This document shows positions 19,773-31,611 of a stretch of 64,000 bases of DNA, in pieces. Numbering within the stretch: position 1 is the first letter of the stretch; the number at the start of each line of letters is the position of its first letter. Made by a program: the position numbers and the translations under genes. This DNA is from Alphaproteobacteria bacterium (GTDB lineage: Bacteria > Pseudomonadota > Alphaproteobacteria > SP197): positions 1,440,001 to 1,504,000 of the forward strand of contig OZ219920.1 in NCBI GenBank assembly GCA_964291415.2, read 5' to 3'. A model generated the notes under the pieces. It saw only the letters and a list, made by a program, of their open reading frames with translations, was not told the DNA's origin and did no database searches.

Positions 19773-21115
19773 CGCCGCCTCCCCTTGAGCTTCGCCTTGC
19801 GAATGAGGCCCTCGTACTGGTGTGCCAGGAGGTGAGACTGGATCTGGGAGACCGTGTCCATGGTCACGGTGACGCAGATCAGAAGCGATGTGCCGCCGAG
19901 GAAGACAGGAATGGCAAGGCTGCCGATCAGGTACTCGGGAAGCAGGCAGACGAAGGCCAGGTAGAGCGCACCCACGGTGGTCAGCCTGGTGAGCACGAAA
20001 TCGAGATATTCGGTGGTGTTCTTGCCCGGTCTGATACCCGGAATGAAGCCGCCGTTCTTCCTCAGGTTGTCCGCGGTATCGGCCGGATTGAAAACCACCG
20101 CCGTGTAGAAATAGCAGAAGAAGACGATCGCCGAACCGAAGATCAGCAGGTAGAGGGGCTCGCCACGGCCCAGCAGTCTGGTGATCTCCGTCAGCCAGTT
20201 CGAACCGGTCCCCACTGCGGAGAAGCTGGCAAAGGTTGCGGGCATCAAGAGGATGGAACTGGCAAAGATGGGGGGAATCACGCCAGCCGTGTTGAGCTTG
20301 AGGGGGAGGTAGGAACTCTCGCCGCCGAACATGCGGTTGCCGACCTGGCGTTTGGGATACTGCACGACGATGCGTCTCTGGGCACGCTCCATCCACACGA
20401 TCCAGTAGATGATCAGGGCCGCACCAATGAAAATCGCCATGATGGTGAATGCGGAAAGGGAACCGACCCGGCCCAGTTCCAGCAACTGCGCGATGGCGCC
20501 AGGGAAACTGGCGACGATACCGGCGAATATGATGAGGGAGACGCCGTTGCCGACTCCCCTCTGGGTCACCTGCTCACCAAGCCACAGCAGGAACATGGTG
20601 CCGCCCAGCAGGGTGACCACCGTGGTGAAGCGGAAGAAGAGACCGGGTTCCATGACCGCCGAACCCTGACTTCCCGCCATCGCCTCGAGACCGACGGCGA
20701 TGCCGTAGCCCTGGACGATGCACAGCCCCACTGTCAGGTAGCGGGTGTACTGGTTCATCGTCTTGCGCCCCGACTCGCCCTCCTTCTTGAGCTGGTCGAG
20801 ACGCGGCGAGACCGCCGTCATGAGCTGCATGATGATCGCGGCGGAAATGTAGGGCATGACGTTAAGCGCGAAGATGGTCATGCGTTCCAGGGCGCCGCCG
20901 GCAAACATGTTGAACATCGACAGGATGCCGCCGGCCTGCTGCTGGAAGATGTCGCCGAGGATCGAGGGATCAACACCGGGAATGGGGATGTAGGTGCCCA
21001 GGCGATAGACCACCAGTGCGCCCAGGGTGAACCAAAGGCGTTTCCTGAGTTCCGTCGCCTTGCCGATTGCTCCGAGATTGAGCTGGCCGGCGAACTGATC
21101 CTGACGGGTTGCCAT
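19769..21115 (-). CDS. secY: Preprotein translocase SecY
   Basis: MPYISAAII, GVGNGVSLIIF, GVIPPIFA, IPGIRPG. Confidence 0.98.
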   Translation of the reverse strand: MATRQDQFAGQLNLGAIGKATELRKRLWFTLGALVVYRLGTYIPIPGVDPSILGDIFQQQAGGILSMFNMFAGGALERMTIFALNVMPYISAAIIMQLMTAVSPRLDQLKKEGESGRKTMNQYTRYLTVGLCIVQGYGIAVGLEAMAGSQGSAVMEPGLFFRFTTVVTLLGGTMFLLWLGEQVTQRGVGNGVSLIIFAGIVASFPGAIAQLLELGRVGSLSAFTIMAIFIGAALIIYWIVWMERAQRRIVVQYPKRQVGNRMFGGESSYLPLKLNTAGVIPPIFASSILLMPATFASFSAVGTGSNWLTEITRLLGRGEPLYLLIFGSAIVFFCYFYTAVVFNPADTADNLRKNGGFIPGIRPGKNTTEYLDFVLTRLTTVGALYLAFVCLLPEYLIGSLAIPVFLGGTSLLICVTVTMDTVSQIQSHLLAHQYEGLIRKAKLKGRRR

Positions 21116-21126
21116 GCCCCTTGTCG

Positions 21127-21588
21127 TCAGCCGGCGGTCACGTTGACGGTACCGCCCTGTTCCTCGATCTGCCGACGTGCCGACTTCGTGACCCGGGCGA
21201 CCGTGATCTCGACGCGCGCCGACAGATCGCCCGAGCCAAGGAGACTGACACCATCACGAAGCCGCCTGATGACGCCGGCTTCACGCAGGGTCTCCCCGGT
21301 CATGGCCTGACTGGCGTCGAGCCTGCCGGAATCGATGGCCCGCTGCAGGCGCTCCAGTGTCACCTCGACATAGCGCTTGCGCGAGGGATTCGTGAACCCG
21401 CGCATGGGCAGGCGACGGTAGATCGGCATCTGGCCACCCTCGAACGTGGCGAGAGCCACACCGGAACGCGATTTCTGGCCCTTGTGGCCACGCCCGCCCG
21501 TCTTGCCAAGACCGGAGCCGATGCCACGCCCGCGGCGCTTGCGCGCATGGGTGGCGCCGTGATTGTCACGGATCTCGTTGAGTTTCAT
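21127..21588 (-). CDS. rplO: 50S ribosomal protein L15
   Basis: [18 protein letters not shown]. Confidence 0.98.
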   Translation of the reverse strand: MKLNEIRDNHGATHARKRRGRGIGSGLGKTGGRGHKGQKSRSGVALATFEGGQMPIYRRLPMRGFTNPSRKRYVEVTLERLQRAIDSGRLDASQAMTGETLREAGVIRRLRDGVSLLGSGDLSARVEITVARVTKSARRQIEEQGGTVNVTAG

Positions 21589-21797
21589 GAGCTGGAGTCC
21601 CCGCCAATCTCTTCCCAGTTCACCAGGTGATGCACCTTTCTCAGCATGCCGCGCACGGCCGGAGTGTCCTCGAGAATGCGAGTTCTCGACACGCGCCCCA
21701 GGCCCAGGCCGACGAGTGTCTGGCGCTGGTCCGCCGGGCGGCCGATGGGGCTGCCGGTCTGCGTGACCCTGATGCGCCCGGTCCTTGCGTCTTCCAT
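21585..21797 (-). CDS. rpmD: 50S ribosomal protein L30
   Basis: [24 protein letters not shown]; operon position. Confidence 0.95.
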   Translation of the reverse strand: MEDARTGRIRVTQTGSPIGRPADQRQTLVGLGLGRVSRTRILEDTPAVRGMLRKVHHLVNWEEIGGDSSS

Positions 21798-22348
21798 CAG
21801 GTTCTCGACTCCTGGATCAGGCGGTTCGACTTGTTGCGCTTGGCGGCCACCTGGCGTGGTGACATCGTCCGCGCCAGCGCATCGAACGTCGCCTTGACCA
21901 TGTTATGGGGATTGGCGCTGCCGGTCGACTTGCAGACGACGTCCTGGGCGCCAAGCGCCTCGAAGACGGCGCGCATGGGACCACCGGCAATGACGCCGGT
22001 GCCCGGCGGTGCGGCACGCAGGACCACGCGTCCGGCGCCGTAGCGTCCGGTCACGTCGTGATGCAGGGTCCGCCCTTCCCGCAGCGGCACCCGGATCATG
22101 TTGCGGCGCGCCTGTTCGGTCGCCTTGCGGATTGCCTCGGGCACTTCGCGCGCCTTGCCGGCGCCGTGACCGGCGCGACCCTTCTGGTCGCCAACAACCA
22201 CGAGCGCAGCAAATCCGAAGCGCCGGCCACCCTTGACGACCTTGGCGACGCGGTTGATGCTGACGAGCTTCTCGAGAAACTCGCTTCCCTCCCGGTTGTC
22301 ACCGCCGCCGCGGCGTCCGCCGCCTCGTTCACGACCCGATGATGCCAT
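21797..22348 (-). CDS. rpsE: 30S ribosomal protein S5
   Basis: [22 protein letters not shown]. Confidence 0.98.
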   Translation of the reverse strand: MASSGRERGGGRRGGGDNREGSEFLEKLVSINRVAKVVKGGRRFGFAALVVVGDQKGRAGHGAGKAREVPEAIRKATEQARRNMIRVPLREGRTLHHDVTGRYGAGRVVLRAAPPGTGVIAGGPMRAVFEALGAQDVVCKSTGSANPHNMVKATFDALARTMSPRQVAAKRNKSNRLIQESRT

Positions 22349-22372
22349 CCGCTATTCCTTCCAGAACACGTT

Positions 22373-22735
22373 CTAAAGTTTGAGACCGCCTTCACGGGCG
22401 GCGTCGGCGAGTGCCTTGACGCGGCCGTGGTAGCGGTAACCTCCCCGGTCAAAGACCACCTCCGTGATCCCGGCGGCGATGGCGCGCTCGGCAATGGCCC
22501 TGCCGATATGCGTCGCTGCCTCGATGGTGGCGCCGTTCGCAACCTCGCCCTTGATGCTGCTGTCGATGCTGGATGCCGAAGCCAGAGTGACTCCGGCGCC
22601 GTCCTCGATGATCTGCGCATAGATGTTCCGTGACGAACGGAAGACAGAAAGCCGCGGCCGACCGGCGGCCCGCGCCTTCACCTTGAGTCGTGTCCGCGCC
22701 CGGCGGCGCGCCTGAAGTTCCCTTGCCGTCTTCAT
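22373..22735 (-). CDS. rplR: 50S ribosomal protein L18
   Basis: [19 protein letters not shown]. Confidence 0.97.
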   Translation of the reverse strand: MKTARELQARRRARTRLKVKARAAGRPRLSVFRSSRNIYAQIIEDGAGVTLASASSIDSSIKGEVANGATIEAATHIGRAIAERAIAAGITEVVFDRGGYRYHGRVKALADAAREGGLKL

Positions 22736-22743
22736 GGCCGCCC

Positions 22744-23277
22744 CTACTTCTTCTTGCCTTCCTTGCGCAACACGATCTCGCCTCGGTAGCGAATCCCCTT
22801 GCCCTTGTAGGGCTCCGGCGGTCGCAGACGCCTGATTTCGGAGGCGAGCTGGCCGACGCGCTGCTTGTCGATACCGCTGACGACGATCTCCTGCTGGTTC
22901 GGACACTCGATGGCGAGCCCATCGGGCACCGGAATCTCGATATCGTGACTGTATCCGACCTGGAGCCGCAGCACCTCGCCCTGCATCTGTGCCCGGTAAC
23001 CCACGCCCTGGAGTTCGAGAGTGCGGCTGAATCCCGAGGTGACTCCGGTCACCATCGACTGGATGTTGGAGCGCGTCGTGCCCCACAGGGCCGTCGCCTG
23101 GCGCGATGGCGAATTCGGCGTCACCACCACCATGCCCTCCTCGAGGGCAACCGACACCTCGGGCAGAAAGGACTGCGCGAGCGATCCCTTCGCCCCGGAG
23201 ATCTCGATTGAGGACTCGCCAACGGTAACGTCGACTCCCTCTGGCACGGCGATCGCATTCTTTCCAATGCGGGACAT
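22744..23277 (-). CDS. rplF: 50S ribosomal protein L6
   Basis: [17 protein letters not shown]. Confidence 0.98.
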   Translation of the reverse strand: MSRIGKNAIAVPEGVDVTVGESSIEISGAKGSLAQSFLPEVSVALEEGMVVVTPNSPSRQATALWGTTRSNIQSMVTGVTSGFSRTLELQGVGYRAQMQGEVLRLQVGYSHDIEIPVPDGLAIECPNQQEIVVSGIDKQRVGQLASEIRRLRPPEPYKGKGIRYRGEIVLRKEGKKK

Positions 23278-23304
23278 GGTTCCCTCTCCTAGCACACGAC
23301 TGCG

Positions 23305-23703
23305 TCAGAAGACGCGACAGAGCACTTCGCCGCCAACATTGGCCGCCCGTGCCTCGTCGTCGGTCATCACGCCCTTGGGCGTTGACATGATGGTGATTCC
23401 CAGGCCTCCATAGACGCTGGGCATGTCCCTGACGCCGGTATAGATCCTGCGTCCGGGCGTGGATATCCTGCCAATCTCGCGGATGACCGGCTCGCCCTCG
23501 TAGTACTTGAGCTCAATCACGAGTTCGGGCCGTGACGGCATCTCGCTCTTGCGGTGCCAGTCACGGATGTAGCCCTCGCGCTTGAGCACACCGAGCACGT
23601 TTTCCTTGAGTTTCGACGCCGGGCAGTTGATGCGCGACTTGCCGCGCATGTGCCCGTTCCGGATGCGGGCCAGCATATCGCCCAGGGGATCGGTCATTGT
23701 CAT
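23305..23703 (-). CDS. rpsH: 30S ribosomal protein S8
   Basis: [18 protein letters not shown]. Confidence 0.98.
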   Translation of the reverse strand: MTMTDPLGDMLARIRNGHMRGKSRINCPASKLKENVLGVLKREGYIRDWHRKSEMPSRPELVIELKYYEGEPVIREIGRISTPGRRIYTGVRDMPSVYGGLGITIMSTPKGVMTDDEARAANVGGEVLCRVF

Positions 23704-23722
23704 GACGCTTGTCTCACCTCGC

Positions 23723-24028
23723 TCACCAGCTTGACTTGACCATGCCGGGAATCAGGCCATCGGAGGCCAGTTCGCGCAGCATCACCCGGGACATGTCGAA
23801 TCTGCGGTGGTAACCGCGTGCCCTGCCGGTCATGGCGCACCGGTTGCGTAGCCTGACCTTCGATGAATTGCGCGGCAGCTTGGCGAGCTTGAGTCTCGCC
23901 TGGAAACGCTCTTCCATGGGAAGGTCCTGCGCATTCGCCTGGGCGAGAAGTGCGGCCCGCCGGGCAGCGAAGCGTGCGACGAGCTTCTTTCGCCGCTTGT
24001 TTCTTTCGATGGCGCTCTTCTTTGCCAT
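23723..24028 (-). CDS. rpsN: 30S ribosomal protein S14 (long, Zn-independent form)
   Basis: [19 protein letters not shown]. Confidence 0.97.
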   Translation of the reverse strand: MAKKSAIERNKRRKKLVARFAARRAALLAQANAQDLPMEERFQARLKLAKLPRNSSKVRLRNRCAMTGRARGYHRRFDMSRVMLRELASDGLIPGMVKSSW

Positions 24029-24064
24029 GATCGTCCTTTCCTTGGGATCTCTCTCGACAGATGC

Positions 24065-24631
24065 TCACGTCCTGGTGAAAGGCATGCGGAAACCGTCAAG
24101 CAGGTGCCAGGCCTCATCGTTGTTCCTGGCCGTGGTGCAGATGACAATGTCGAGTCCGCGAATGCGACTGACCCGGTCATAGTCGATCTCGGGGAACACG
24201 ATCTGTTCCTTCAGGCCCATGGCGAAATTGCCCCTGCCGTCGAAACTCTTCGAATTGACGCCGCGAAAGTCGCGCACCCTGGGGAGAGCGATGGTGACGA
24301 GACGGTCGAGGAACTCGAACATGCGGCGTCCGCGCAATGTGACCCGCGCTCCGACGGGCATGCCTTCCCTCAGCTTGAAGTTTGACACCGAACGCGAGGC
24401 CCGGGTGATGACCGCCTTTTGTCCGGCAATCAGTGTCAGTTCCCCGGCGGCGGCATCAGCCTGCTTCGAATCCTGAACGGCATCGCCCACGCCCATGTTG
24501 AGGATGATCTTGTCAAGCCGGGGGACGGCGTGGATGTTCTTGTAACCGAACGTTTCCATCATCGCCGGACGGATGGTGCTGTCGTACATCGCCTTGAGAC
24601 GCGGCACAGTCATGGCGTCGCCCTCCTTCAT
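24065..24631 (-). CDS. rplE: 50S ribosomal protein L5
   Basis: [24 protein letters not shown]; start may be 24613. Confidence 0.98.
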   Translation of the reverse strand: MKEGDAMTVPRLKAMYDSTIRPAMMETFGYKNIHAVPRLDKIILNMGVGDAVQDSKQADAAAGELTLIAGQKAVITRASRSVSNFKLREGMPVGARVTLRGRRMFEFLDRLVTIALPRVRDFRGVNSKSFDGRGNFAMGLKEQIVFPEIDYDRVSRIRGLDIVICTTARNNDEAWHLLDGFRMPFTRT

Positions 24632-24945
24632 CCGTCGATCACTTCGCCGGAACGCTTGGCCACGCGGACCTTGCGGCCATCGTCCAGGTTGCGGAACCCG
24701 ACACGGGTCGGTCTGCCGTCAACGGGATCGGCCACCGCTAGATTCGAAAGATCGATCGAGAGTTCCTTGGTGACGATGCCACCCGGGTCCCGTGCCGTCG
24801 GTCTGGTGTGACGCCGTGCCACGTTGACGCCGGAGACGATGGCCCGGCCCTGGCGCGGCAGCACCTTGAGAACCTCGCCCTGCAGGCCCCGGTCTCTGCC
24901 GGCGAGAACGACCACGCGGTCCCCGTGCTTGATCCGTGCAGCCAT
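24628..24945 (-). CDS. rplX: 50S ribosomal protein L24
   Basis: KOW motif [13 protein letters not shown]. Confidence 0.97.
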   Translation of the reverse strand: MAARIKHGDRVVVLAGRDRGLQGEVLKVLPRQGRAIVSGVNVARRHTRPTARDPGGIVTKELSIDLSNLAVADPVDGRPTRVGFRNLDDGRKVRVAKRSGEVIDG

Positions 24946-25328
24946 CAGAGCACCTCGGGCGCCAGTGAGATGATCTTCATGAAGTTGCGGGAACGCAGCT
25001 CGCGCGTGACCGGACCGAAAATGCGTGTGCCCACAGGCTCGTTCTGCCGGTTGATGATCACCGCGGCGTTGCGGTCGAAGCGAAGCGCGCTGCCGTCCGG
25101 GCGGCGGATTTCCTTGGCGGTGCGCACGATCACGGCGCGGGCCACATCACCCTTCCTGATCTTGGCACTGCGGTCCGGCGACTGGGGATCGGCATCCTTG
25201 ACCGTGACGACAATGATGTCGCCCACACTTGCGGTCTTGCGTTTCGAGCCGCCGAGCACCTTGATGCACTGCACGCGCCTCGCACCGGAGTTGTCGGCCA
25301 CGAAGAGATTGGTCTCAGCCTGGATCAT
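24945..25328 (-). CDS. rplN: 50S ribosomal protein L14
   Basis: [22 protein letters not shown]. Confidence 0.98.
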   Translation of the reverse strand: MIQAETNLFVADNSGARRVQCIKVLGGSKRKTASVGDIIVVTVKDADPQSPDRSAKIRKGDVARAVIVRTAKEIRRPDGSALRFDRNAAVIINRQNEPVGTRIFGPVTRELRSRNFMKIISLAPEVL

Positions 25329-25356
25329 CGATCACTTCCCCCAATAGGCGCGCCGG

Positions 25357-25593
25357 TCAGACGGCGGGCTCGAGAACCGTCCACCGCTTGAGCTTCGACA
25401 GCGGGCGGCTTTCACGGATCCGGACCTTGTCGCCGACCTGAACCTCGTTGGTCTCGTCGTGGACGTGATAGCGCCTGGAGCGGCGGATTGTCTTCTTGTA
25501 GAGCGGGTGCTTCATCAGCCGGTCGACCCTGACCACGACGGTCTTGTCGCCCGACTTCCCTGTCACCACTCCCTGCATCGTGCGTCGCGGCAT
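25357..25593 (-). CDS. rpsQ: 30S ribosomal protein S17
   Basis: HPLYKK, ESRPLSKLKRW. Confidence 0.97.
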   Translation of the reverse strand: MPRRTMQGVVTGKSGDKTVVVRVDRLMKHPLYKKTIRRSRRYHVHDETNEVQVGDKVRIRESRPLSKLKRWTVLEPAV

Positions 25594-25596
25594 GGC

Positions 25597-25803
25597 TCAC
25601 GTGCCTCCTTCAAGGCTGGCCCCGGACCGGCCTTCCACAGTCTTGATGCGCGCGATGTCGCGGCGGATCTGCCGGACACGCGCGGTGTTGCCTTCGCGCC
25701 CGTTGGCCTGCTGAAAGCGCAGGTTGAAGAGTTCCTTCTTCAGCGAAAGCAGCTGTTGGCGCCTCTCGTCGGCGCTCATGGCCCGGATCTCGACGGCCCT
25801 CAT
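25597..25803 (-). CDS. rpmC: 50S ribosomal protein L29
   Basis: [20 protein letters not shown]; C-terminal part of ORF 25597..26463. Confidence 0.95.
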   Translation of the reverse strand: MRAVEIRAMSADERRQQLLSLKKELFNLRFQQANGREGNTARVRQIRRDIARIKTVEGRSGASLEGGT

Positions 25804-26222
25804 GCCGTGCCTCCGGAGTGGCGCTGGATGAAACGAACCGGTATCGGCAGTTTCGCGGCGCCCAGCCTGATGGCTTCGCGGGCCGTCGTCTCGTCGACTC
25901 CGTCGAGTTCGAACATCACGCGTCCTGGCTTCACACGGCACATCCAGTACTCCGGCGAACCCTTGCCCTTGCCCATGCGCACTTCGGCCGGCTTGGTGGA
26001 CACCGGAACGTCGGGAAACACGGTCACCCAGACACGCCCGGCACGTTTCATGTAGCGGGTGATGGCGCGCCTGGACGCCTCGATCTGCCGTGCCGTGATG
26101 CGTCCGGCGGTCTGCGCCTTCATGCCGTAGGCGCCGAAGTTGAGGCTGGTGTATCCCTTGGCGTTGCCGTGGATACGGCCCTTTTGTGCCTTGCGGTAGC
26201 GTGTTTTCTTCGGAGAAAGCAT
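25800..26222 (-). CDS. rplP: 50S ribosomal protein L16
   Basis: MLSPKK, RMGKGKG. Confidence 0.98.
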   Translation of the reverse strand: MLSPKKTRYRKAQKGRIHGNAKGYTSLNFGAYGMKAQTAGRITARQIEASRRAITRYMKRAGRVWVTVFPDVPVSTKPAEVRMGKGKGSPEYWMCRVKPGRVMFELDGVDETTAREAIRLGAAKLPIPVRFIQRHSGGTA

Positions 26223-26227
26223 GACCG

Positions 26228-26917
26228 TTACATCCTCGCCTGGGTACCGTGAAGTTCCGTTTCACGGCGCTCGTGGGCTCCGGGATCGTGGGTGAACACC
26301 TCGCCCTTGAAGACCCAGGCCTTGACACCGAGTGTTCCGTAAGCGGTCTTGGCGGTGACCCGGCCGAAATCGATATCTGCCCGCAGGGTGTGGAGCGGCA
26401 CCCTGCCCTCCCGATACCATTCCGCTCGGGCAATCTCCGCGCCTCCCAGACGCCCTTCGACATTGATGCGAATGCCCTCGGCCCCGAGCCGCATGGCCGA
26501 CTGCACGGCGCGCTTCATGGCGCGACGGAAGGAGACCCTCCGTTCCAGCTGCTGGGCGATGTTCTCGGCGATCAGGTAGGCATCCACTTCGGGCTTGCGG
26601 ATTTCGACAATGTTCACCGCAACGGTCGATTCGGTCAGCGCCTGGAGACTCTCGCTGAGCGACTTGATGCCCTTGCCGCGCGTGCCGATGACGACTCCGG
26701 GTCTCGCCGTATGGATCAGCACCCGCACCCTGGACGCCTGGCGTTCGACGACCACCTTCGAGATGCCCGCCTGCGACAGCTGGCTGCGCACCAGGCGGCG
26801 TATGGCCAGATCCTCGTGCAGCATGCGGGCATAGCCCGCACCACTGGCATACCAGCGCGAATCCCATGTCCGGTTGATGCCGAGGCGCAAGCCGACGGGA
26901 TTGACCTTGTGTCCCAT
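26228..26917 (-). CDS. rpsC: 30S ribosomal protein S3
   Basis: [24 protein letters not shown]. Confidence 0.98.
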   Translation of the reverse strand: MGHKVNPVGLRLGINRTWDSRWYASGAGYARMLHEDLAIRRLVRSQLSQAGISKVVVERQASRVRVLIHTARPGVVIGTRGKGIKSLSESLQALTESTVAVNIVEIRKPEVDAYLIAENIAQQLERRVSFRRAMKRAVQSAMRLGAEGIRINVEGRLGGAEIARAEWYREGRVPLHTLRADIDFGRVTAKTAYGTLGVKAWVFKGEVFTHDPGAHERRETELHGTQARM

Positions 26918-26918
26918 A

Positions 26919-27302
26919 TCAGTCCTCACCTTCCTGGGTTTCGCACAACACGATCTCGAGATTCGAGAACGACTTGCGATAGGGGTGGACGCGGCCGCGG
27001 CCCGCCGGCCGGAAACGGCGCATCTTCAGCCCCGGGCCCACCGTGGCCTCGCTGACGACCAGGCGATCGACGTCAAGGCCGTGGTTGTTTTCCGCATTCG
27101 CCATAGCCGACAGCAGCACCTTGCGTACATCGCCGGCGATGCGGCGGCGCGAGTACAACAGGTCGTTGAGCGCCCTATCAAGGTTCTTGCCCCTGATCGG
27201 CGCCACCACTTCATTGAGCTTGCGCGGACTGACCCTCAGGGAACGCGCCCGGGCATACACCCTGTCGTCTCCCAGATCGGGCAGTGTGTGCCGTCTCGCC
27301 AT
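26919..27302 (-). CDS. rplV: 50S ribosomal protein L22
   Basis: [14 protein letters not shown]. Confidence 0.96.
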   Translation of the reverse strand: MARRHTLPDLGDDRVYARARSLRVSPRKLNEVVAPIRGKNLDRALNDLLYSRRRIAGDVRKVLLSAMANAENNHGLDVDRLVVSEATVGPGLKMRRFRPAGRGRVHPYRKSFSNLEIVLCETQEGED

Positions 27303-27306
27303 GGCC

Positions 27307-27585
27307 TCAGCCTCTCCGCGCCTTCTTGTCGGCGGCATGTCCGTAGTAGGTCCTGGTCGGCGAGAACTCGCCGAACTTGTGGCCCACCATGTTTTCCGTC
27401 ACCAGCACCGGAATGTGCCGGCGGCCGTTGTAGACGCCGAATGTAAGGCCGACGAACTGCGGCACGATGGTCGAACGCCGGGACCAGGTCCTGATCACTT
27501 CCTTGCGCCCGGACTCGCGCACGGCCTCGGCCTTCTTGAGCAGATAGCCGTCCACGAAAGGTCCTTTCCAGACAGATCGGGTCAC
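27307..27585 (-). CDS. rpsS: 30S ribosomal protein S19
   Basis: [15 protein letters not shown]. Confidence 0.98.
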   Translation of the reverse strand: MTRSVWKGPFVDGYLLKKAEAVRESGRKEVIRTWSRRSTIVPQFVGLTFGVYNGRRHIPVLVTENMVGHKFGEFSPTRTYYGHAADKKARRG

Positions 27586-27595
27586 ATCGGGTCTC

Positions 27596-28429
27596 CTAGC
27601 GTTTTCTGCGGTGGCGACGGGCGATGATCAGCTTGTCGCTGGCCTTCTTCGAACGCGTGCGCGCACCCTTGGTCGGCTTGCCCCACGGAGTCACGGGATG
27701 TCGGCCCCCACTTGTACGCCCCTCGCCGCCGCCATGGGGATGATCCACCGGGTTCATCACGACGCCGCGTACCGAGGGTCTCTTGCCAAGCCAGCGCGAC
27801 CGGCCGGCCTTGCCGAGCTTGCGGTTCTGGTGTTCGGGATTGGACACCGCACCGATGGTGGCCATGCACTCGCCTCGCACGACGCGCATCTCGCCGGACT
27901 TGAGCCGCAGCTGGGCGTAGCCCTGGTCCTTGCCGATAAGCTGGGCATAGGCGCCTGCCGAACGGGCGATCCTGCCGCCCGCGCCGGCCTTCAACTCAAT
28001 GTTGTGCACCACGGTACCCACCGGGATGTTCTGCAGCGGCATCGCGTTGCCGGGCTGGATGTCGACGCGCGAACCCGACACCACGCGGTCGCCGACGCCG
28101 AGACGCTGGGGAGCGAGAATGTACGACTGTTCGCCGTCCTCGTATCGCACGAGAGCGATGTGGGCAGAGCGGTTGGGATCGTACTCCAGGCGCTCGACCG
28201 TCGCCGGAACATCGAATCTCGCACGGCGGAAGTCGACCTTGCGGTAGCGACGCTTGTGCCCGCCGCCACGCCGGCGGGTCATGATGTGGCCGTGGACGTT
28301 GCGTCCGCCCTTCCTGTTGAGTCCCTCGGTCAATTCCTTGACCGGCCCACCCTTGTGAAGATGACGGCGATCAACCTGGACGAGGCCACGTCTGCCTGGT
28401 GTCACGGGTTTTTGGGGTCTGAGTGCCAT
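27596..28429 (-). CDS. rplB: 50S ribosomal protein L2
   Basis: [21 protein letters not shown]. Confidence 0.98.
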   Translation of the reverse strand: MALRPQKPVTPGRRGLVQVDRRHLHKGGPVKELTEGLNRKGGRNVHGHIMTRRRGGGHKRRYRKVDFRRARFDVPATVERLEYDPNRSAHIALVRYEDGEQSYILAPQRLGVGDRVVSGSRVDIQPGNAMPLQNIPVGTVVHNIELKAGAGGRIARSAGAYAQLIGKDQGYAQLRLKSGEMRVVRGECMATIGAVSNPEHQNRKLGKAGRSRWLGKRPSVRGVVMNPVDHPHGGGEGRTSGGRHPVTPWGKPTKGARTRSKKASDKLIIARRHRRKR

Positions 28430-28431
28430 GG

Positions 28432-28725
28432 TCAAAGTGTTCCGGTCACGTCAATCCGCTCCCCCTCGGCCAGCGTCACGACCGCCTTCTTGACGGCATT
28501 GCGACGGCCGAGGCGGCCACGGAATCTCTTGACCTTGCCCGTCTGGTTCATGGTGTTCACCGCCTTGACCGTGACGCCGAAGATGGTCTCGACGGCCTGG
28601 CGGATCTCTTTCTTGGTCGCCCTGCGGTCCACCTGAAAGGTGACCTGATTCCACTCGGCGCCCCGCATCGACTTTTCCGTGATGACCGGCCGGTGAATGA
28701 TGTCGTAGCACTGTTCTGGCGTCAT
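28432..28725 (-). CDS. rplW: 50S ribosomal protein L23
   Basis: PVITEKS, KKAVVTL. Confidence 0.96.
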   Translation of the reverse strand: MTPEQCYDIIHRPVITEKSMRGAEWNQVTFQVDRRATKKEIRQAVETIFGVTVKAVNTMNQTGKVKRFRGRLGRRNAVKKAVVTLAEGERIDVTGTL

Positions 28726-29342
28726 TGGAGCCGCTCCTTCAGCGCCGCCACGGCATCGGTGGTCAGAACCAGCGTGTCGTGACGCAGGATGTCGTGGACG
28801 TTGATGCCGCATGACGGCAACACGTCGATCCCGGGAATATTGGAGGCGGCGCGCCGGAATCCGGCGTCAACCTCGCGGCCGTCGACGACGAGCGCATTGC
28901 TGATGCCCATCTCCTGAAGGCGGGACCTGAGATGGCCCGTCTTCGCCTGGCTGAGCCGGGTGCTGTCGACCACGACCAGCTTGCCCTCGCCCGCCTTGAG
29001 GGAGAGCGCCGTCTTCAGTCCCAGGGCGCGGACACGCCGGGGCAGCGCGTGGGCGTGACTGCGCGGCCGCGGTCCATGGGCCACGGCACCCCCGCGGAAG
29101 ATATTCGTCTTGCGGCTGCCATGGCGGGCGGTGCCGCCGCCCTTCTGGCGCCGGAACTTCGCCGTGGTCCCGATCACCTCGCCGGTCGTCCTGGTCATGT
29201 GGGTGCCCTGGCGCCGCCTGGCCAGTTGCCAGCGCACCACGCGGGCGAGAATGTCCGGTCTGACAGGAAGGCTGAACATCTCTTCAGGCAACTCGACATT
29301 GCCCTTCGCGCCATCCTCGAAGGAGTAGAGGTCGATCTTCAT
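28722..29342 (-). CDS. rplD: 50S ribosomal protein L4
   Basis: [20 protein letters not shown]. Confidence 0.97.
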   Translation of the reverse strand: MKIDLYSFEDGAKGNVELPEEMFSLPVRPDILARVVRWQLARRRQGTHMTRTTGEVIGTTAKFRRQKGGGTARHGSRKTNIFRGGAVAHGPRPRSHAHALPRRVRALGLKTALSLKAGEGKLVVVDSTRLSQAKTGHLRSRLQEMGISNALVVDGREVDAGFRRAASNIPGIDVLPSCGINVHDILRHDTLVLTTDAVAALKERLQ

Positions 29343-30040
29343 GACGTCTCGTCCGGGTGATCGTCATCGCTGACAAGGGCACCGGGAAAGGGAGCGTCGT
29401 CTCCAGGCGGAGCCTTCACCGCATCGCGGATCAGCACCCAGCCGGAGGGCGCACCCGGTACGGCGCCCTTCACCATGATGAGACCCTTGCCGGCGTCGGT
29501 CGAGACGACCTCGAGATTCTGCACCGTGACCTTCACGTCCCCCATGTGCCCGGCCATCTTCTTGCCCTTCCACACGCGGCCCGGGTCCTGGCTGTTGCCC
29601 GTGGAACCATGGGCGCGGTGGGAGACCGACACGCCGTGAGTGGCGCGCATGCCGCCGAAGTTATGTCGCTTCATGGCGCCGGCAAAGCCGCGGCCACGCG
29701 TCACTCCGGTGACATCGACCTTCTGGCCGGTCACGAAGTGATCGACCGACAGCATTGCCCCGACCGGCAACATGGCCTCATCGCTGACGCGGAACTCGAC
29801 AAGCTTGCGCAGCGGCTCGGTGCCGGCAGCGGCGAAATGCCCCCGGCGGGGCCGGTTGAGATGCCTGGCCTTCGCCTCTTCCGCGCCGATTTGCAGGGCC
29901 GTGTACCCATCGCGCTCAACGGATCGCCGGGCCACGACGCGGTTCGCACCGACCTCGAGAACGGTGACCGGGACGTGCCCGCCGTCAGGCGTGAATACCC
30001 TGCTCATTCCGAGCTTTCTGGCGATCATGCCGCAACGCAT
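29339..30040 (-). CDS. rplC: 50S ribosomal protein L3
   Basis: [20 protein letters not shown]. Confidence 0.98.
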   Translation of the reverse strand: MRCGMIARKLGMSRVFTPDGGHVPVTVLEVGANRVVARRSVERDGYTALQIGAEEAKARHLNRPRRGHFAAAGTEPLRKLVEFRVSDEAMLPVGAMLSVDHFVTGQKVDVTGVTRGRGFAGAMKRHNFGGMRATHGVSVSHRAHGSTGNSQDPGRVWKGKKMAGHMGDVKVTVQNLEVVSTDAGKGLIMVKGAVPGAPSGWVLIRDAVKAPPGDDAPFPGALVSDDDHPDETS

Positions 30041-30050
30041 GGCCTTCACC

Positions 30051-30359
30051 TCACAGCTTGATCTCGACATCGACGCCAGCCGCGAGGTCGAGCTTCATGA
30101 GTGCATCGACGGTCTGGGGTGTCGGTTCGACGATGTCGATAAGGCGTTTGTGGGTGCGGATCTCGAACTGTTCGCGCGACTCCTTGTCGATATGGGGACC
30201 TCTCAGGACGGTGAACTTCTCGATCCGTGTCGGTAGTGGAATGGGACCCTTGACCCGGGCGCCGGTGCGCCGCGCCGTGGAGACGATTTCGCTGGTCGAC
30301 TGATCGAGCAGGCGATGATCGAAGGCCCTGAGCCTGATCCTGATGTTCTGTCCCGCCAT
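30051..30359 (-). CDS. rpsJ: 30S ribosomal protein S10
   Basis: [24 protein letters not shown]. Confidence 0.98.
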   Translation of the reverse strand: MAGQNIRIRLRAFDHRLLDQSTSEIVSTARRTGARVKGPIPLPTRIEKFTVLRGPHIDKESREQFEIRTHKRLIDIVEPTPQTVDALMKLDLAAGVDVEIKL

Positions 30360-30383
30360 GGCCTTCGTCCCCTCGCCTCAACT

Positions 30384-31574
<1,191 letters not shown>

Positions 31575-31611
31575 GAGGTTGCCTCATCTGTCCTTTCAAG
31601 GTGTCTCGCAC

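Noticed and set aside
16719-30359. Absence of rpsD, rpmJ, infA and map from the spc/alpha cluster
   Set aside because: Normal alphaproteobacterial arrangement (secY-adk-rpsM-rpsK-rpoA-rplQ).
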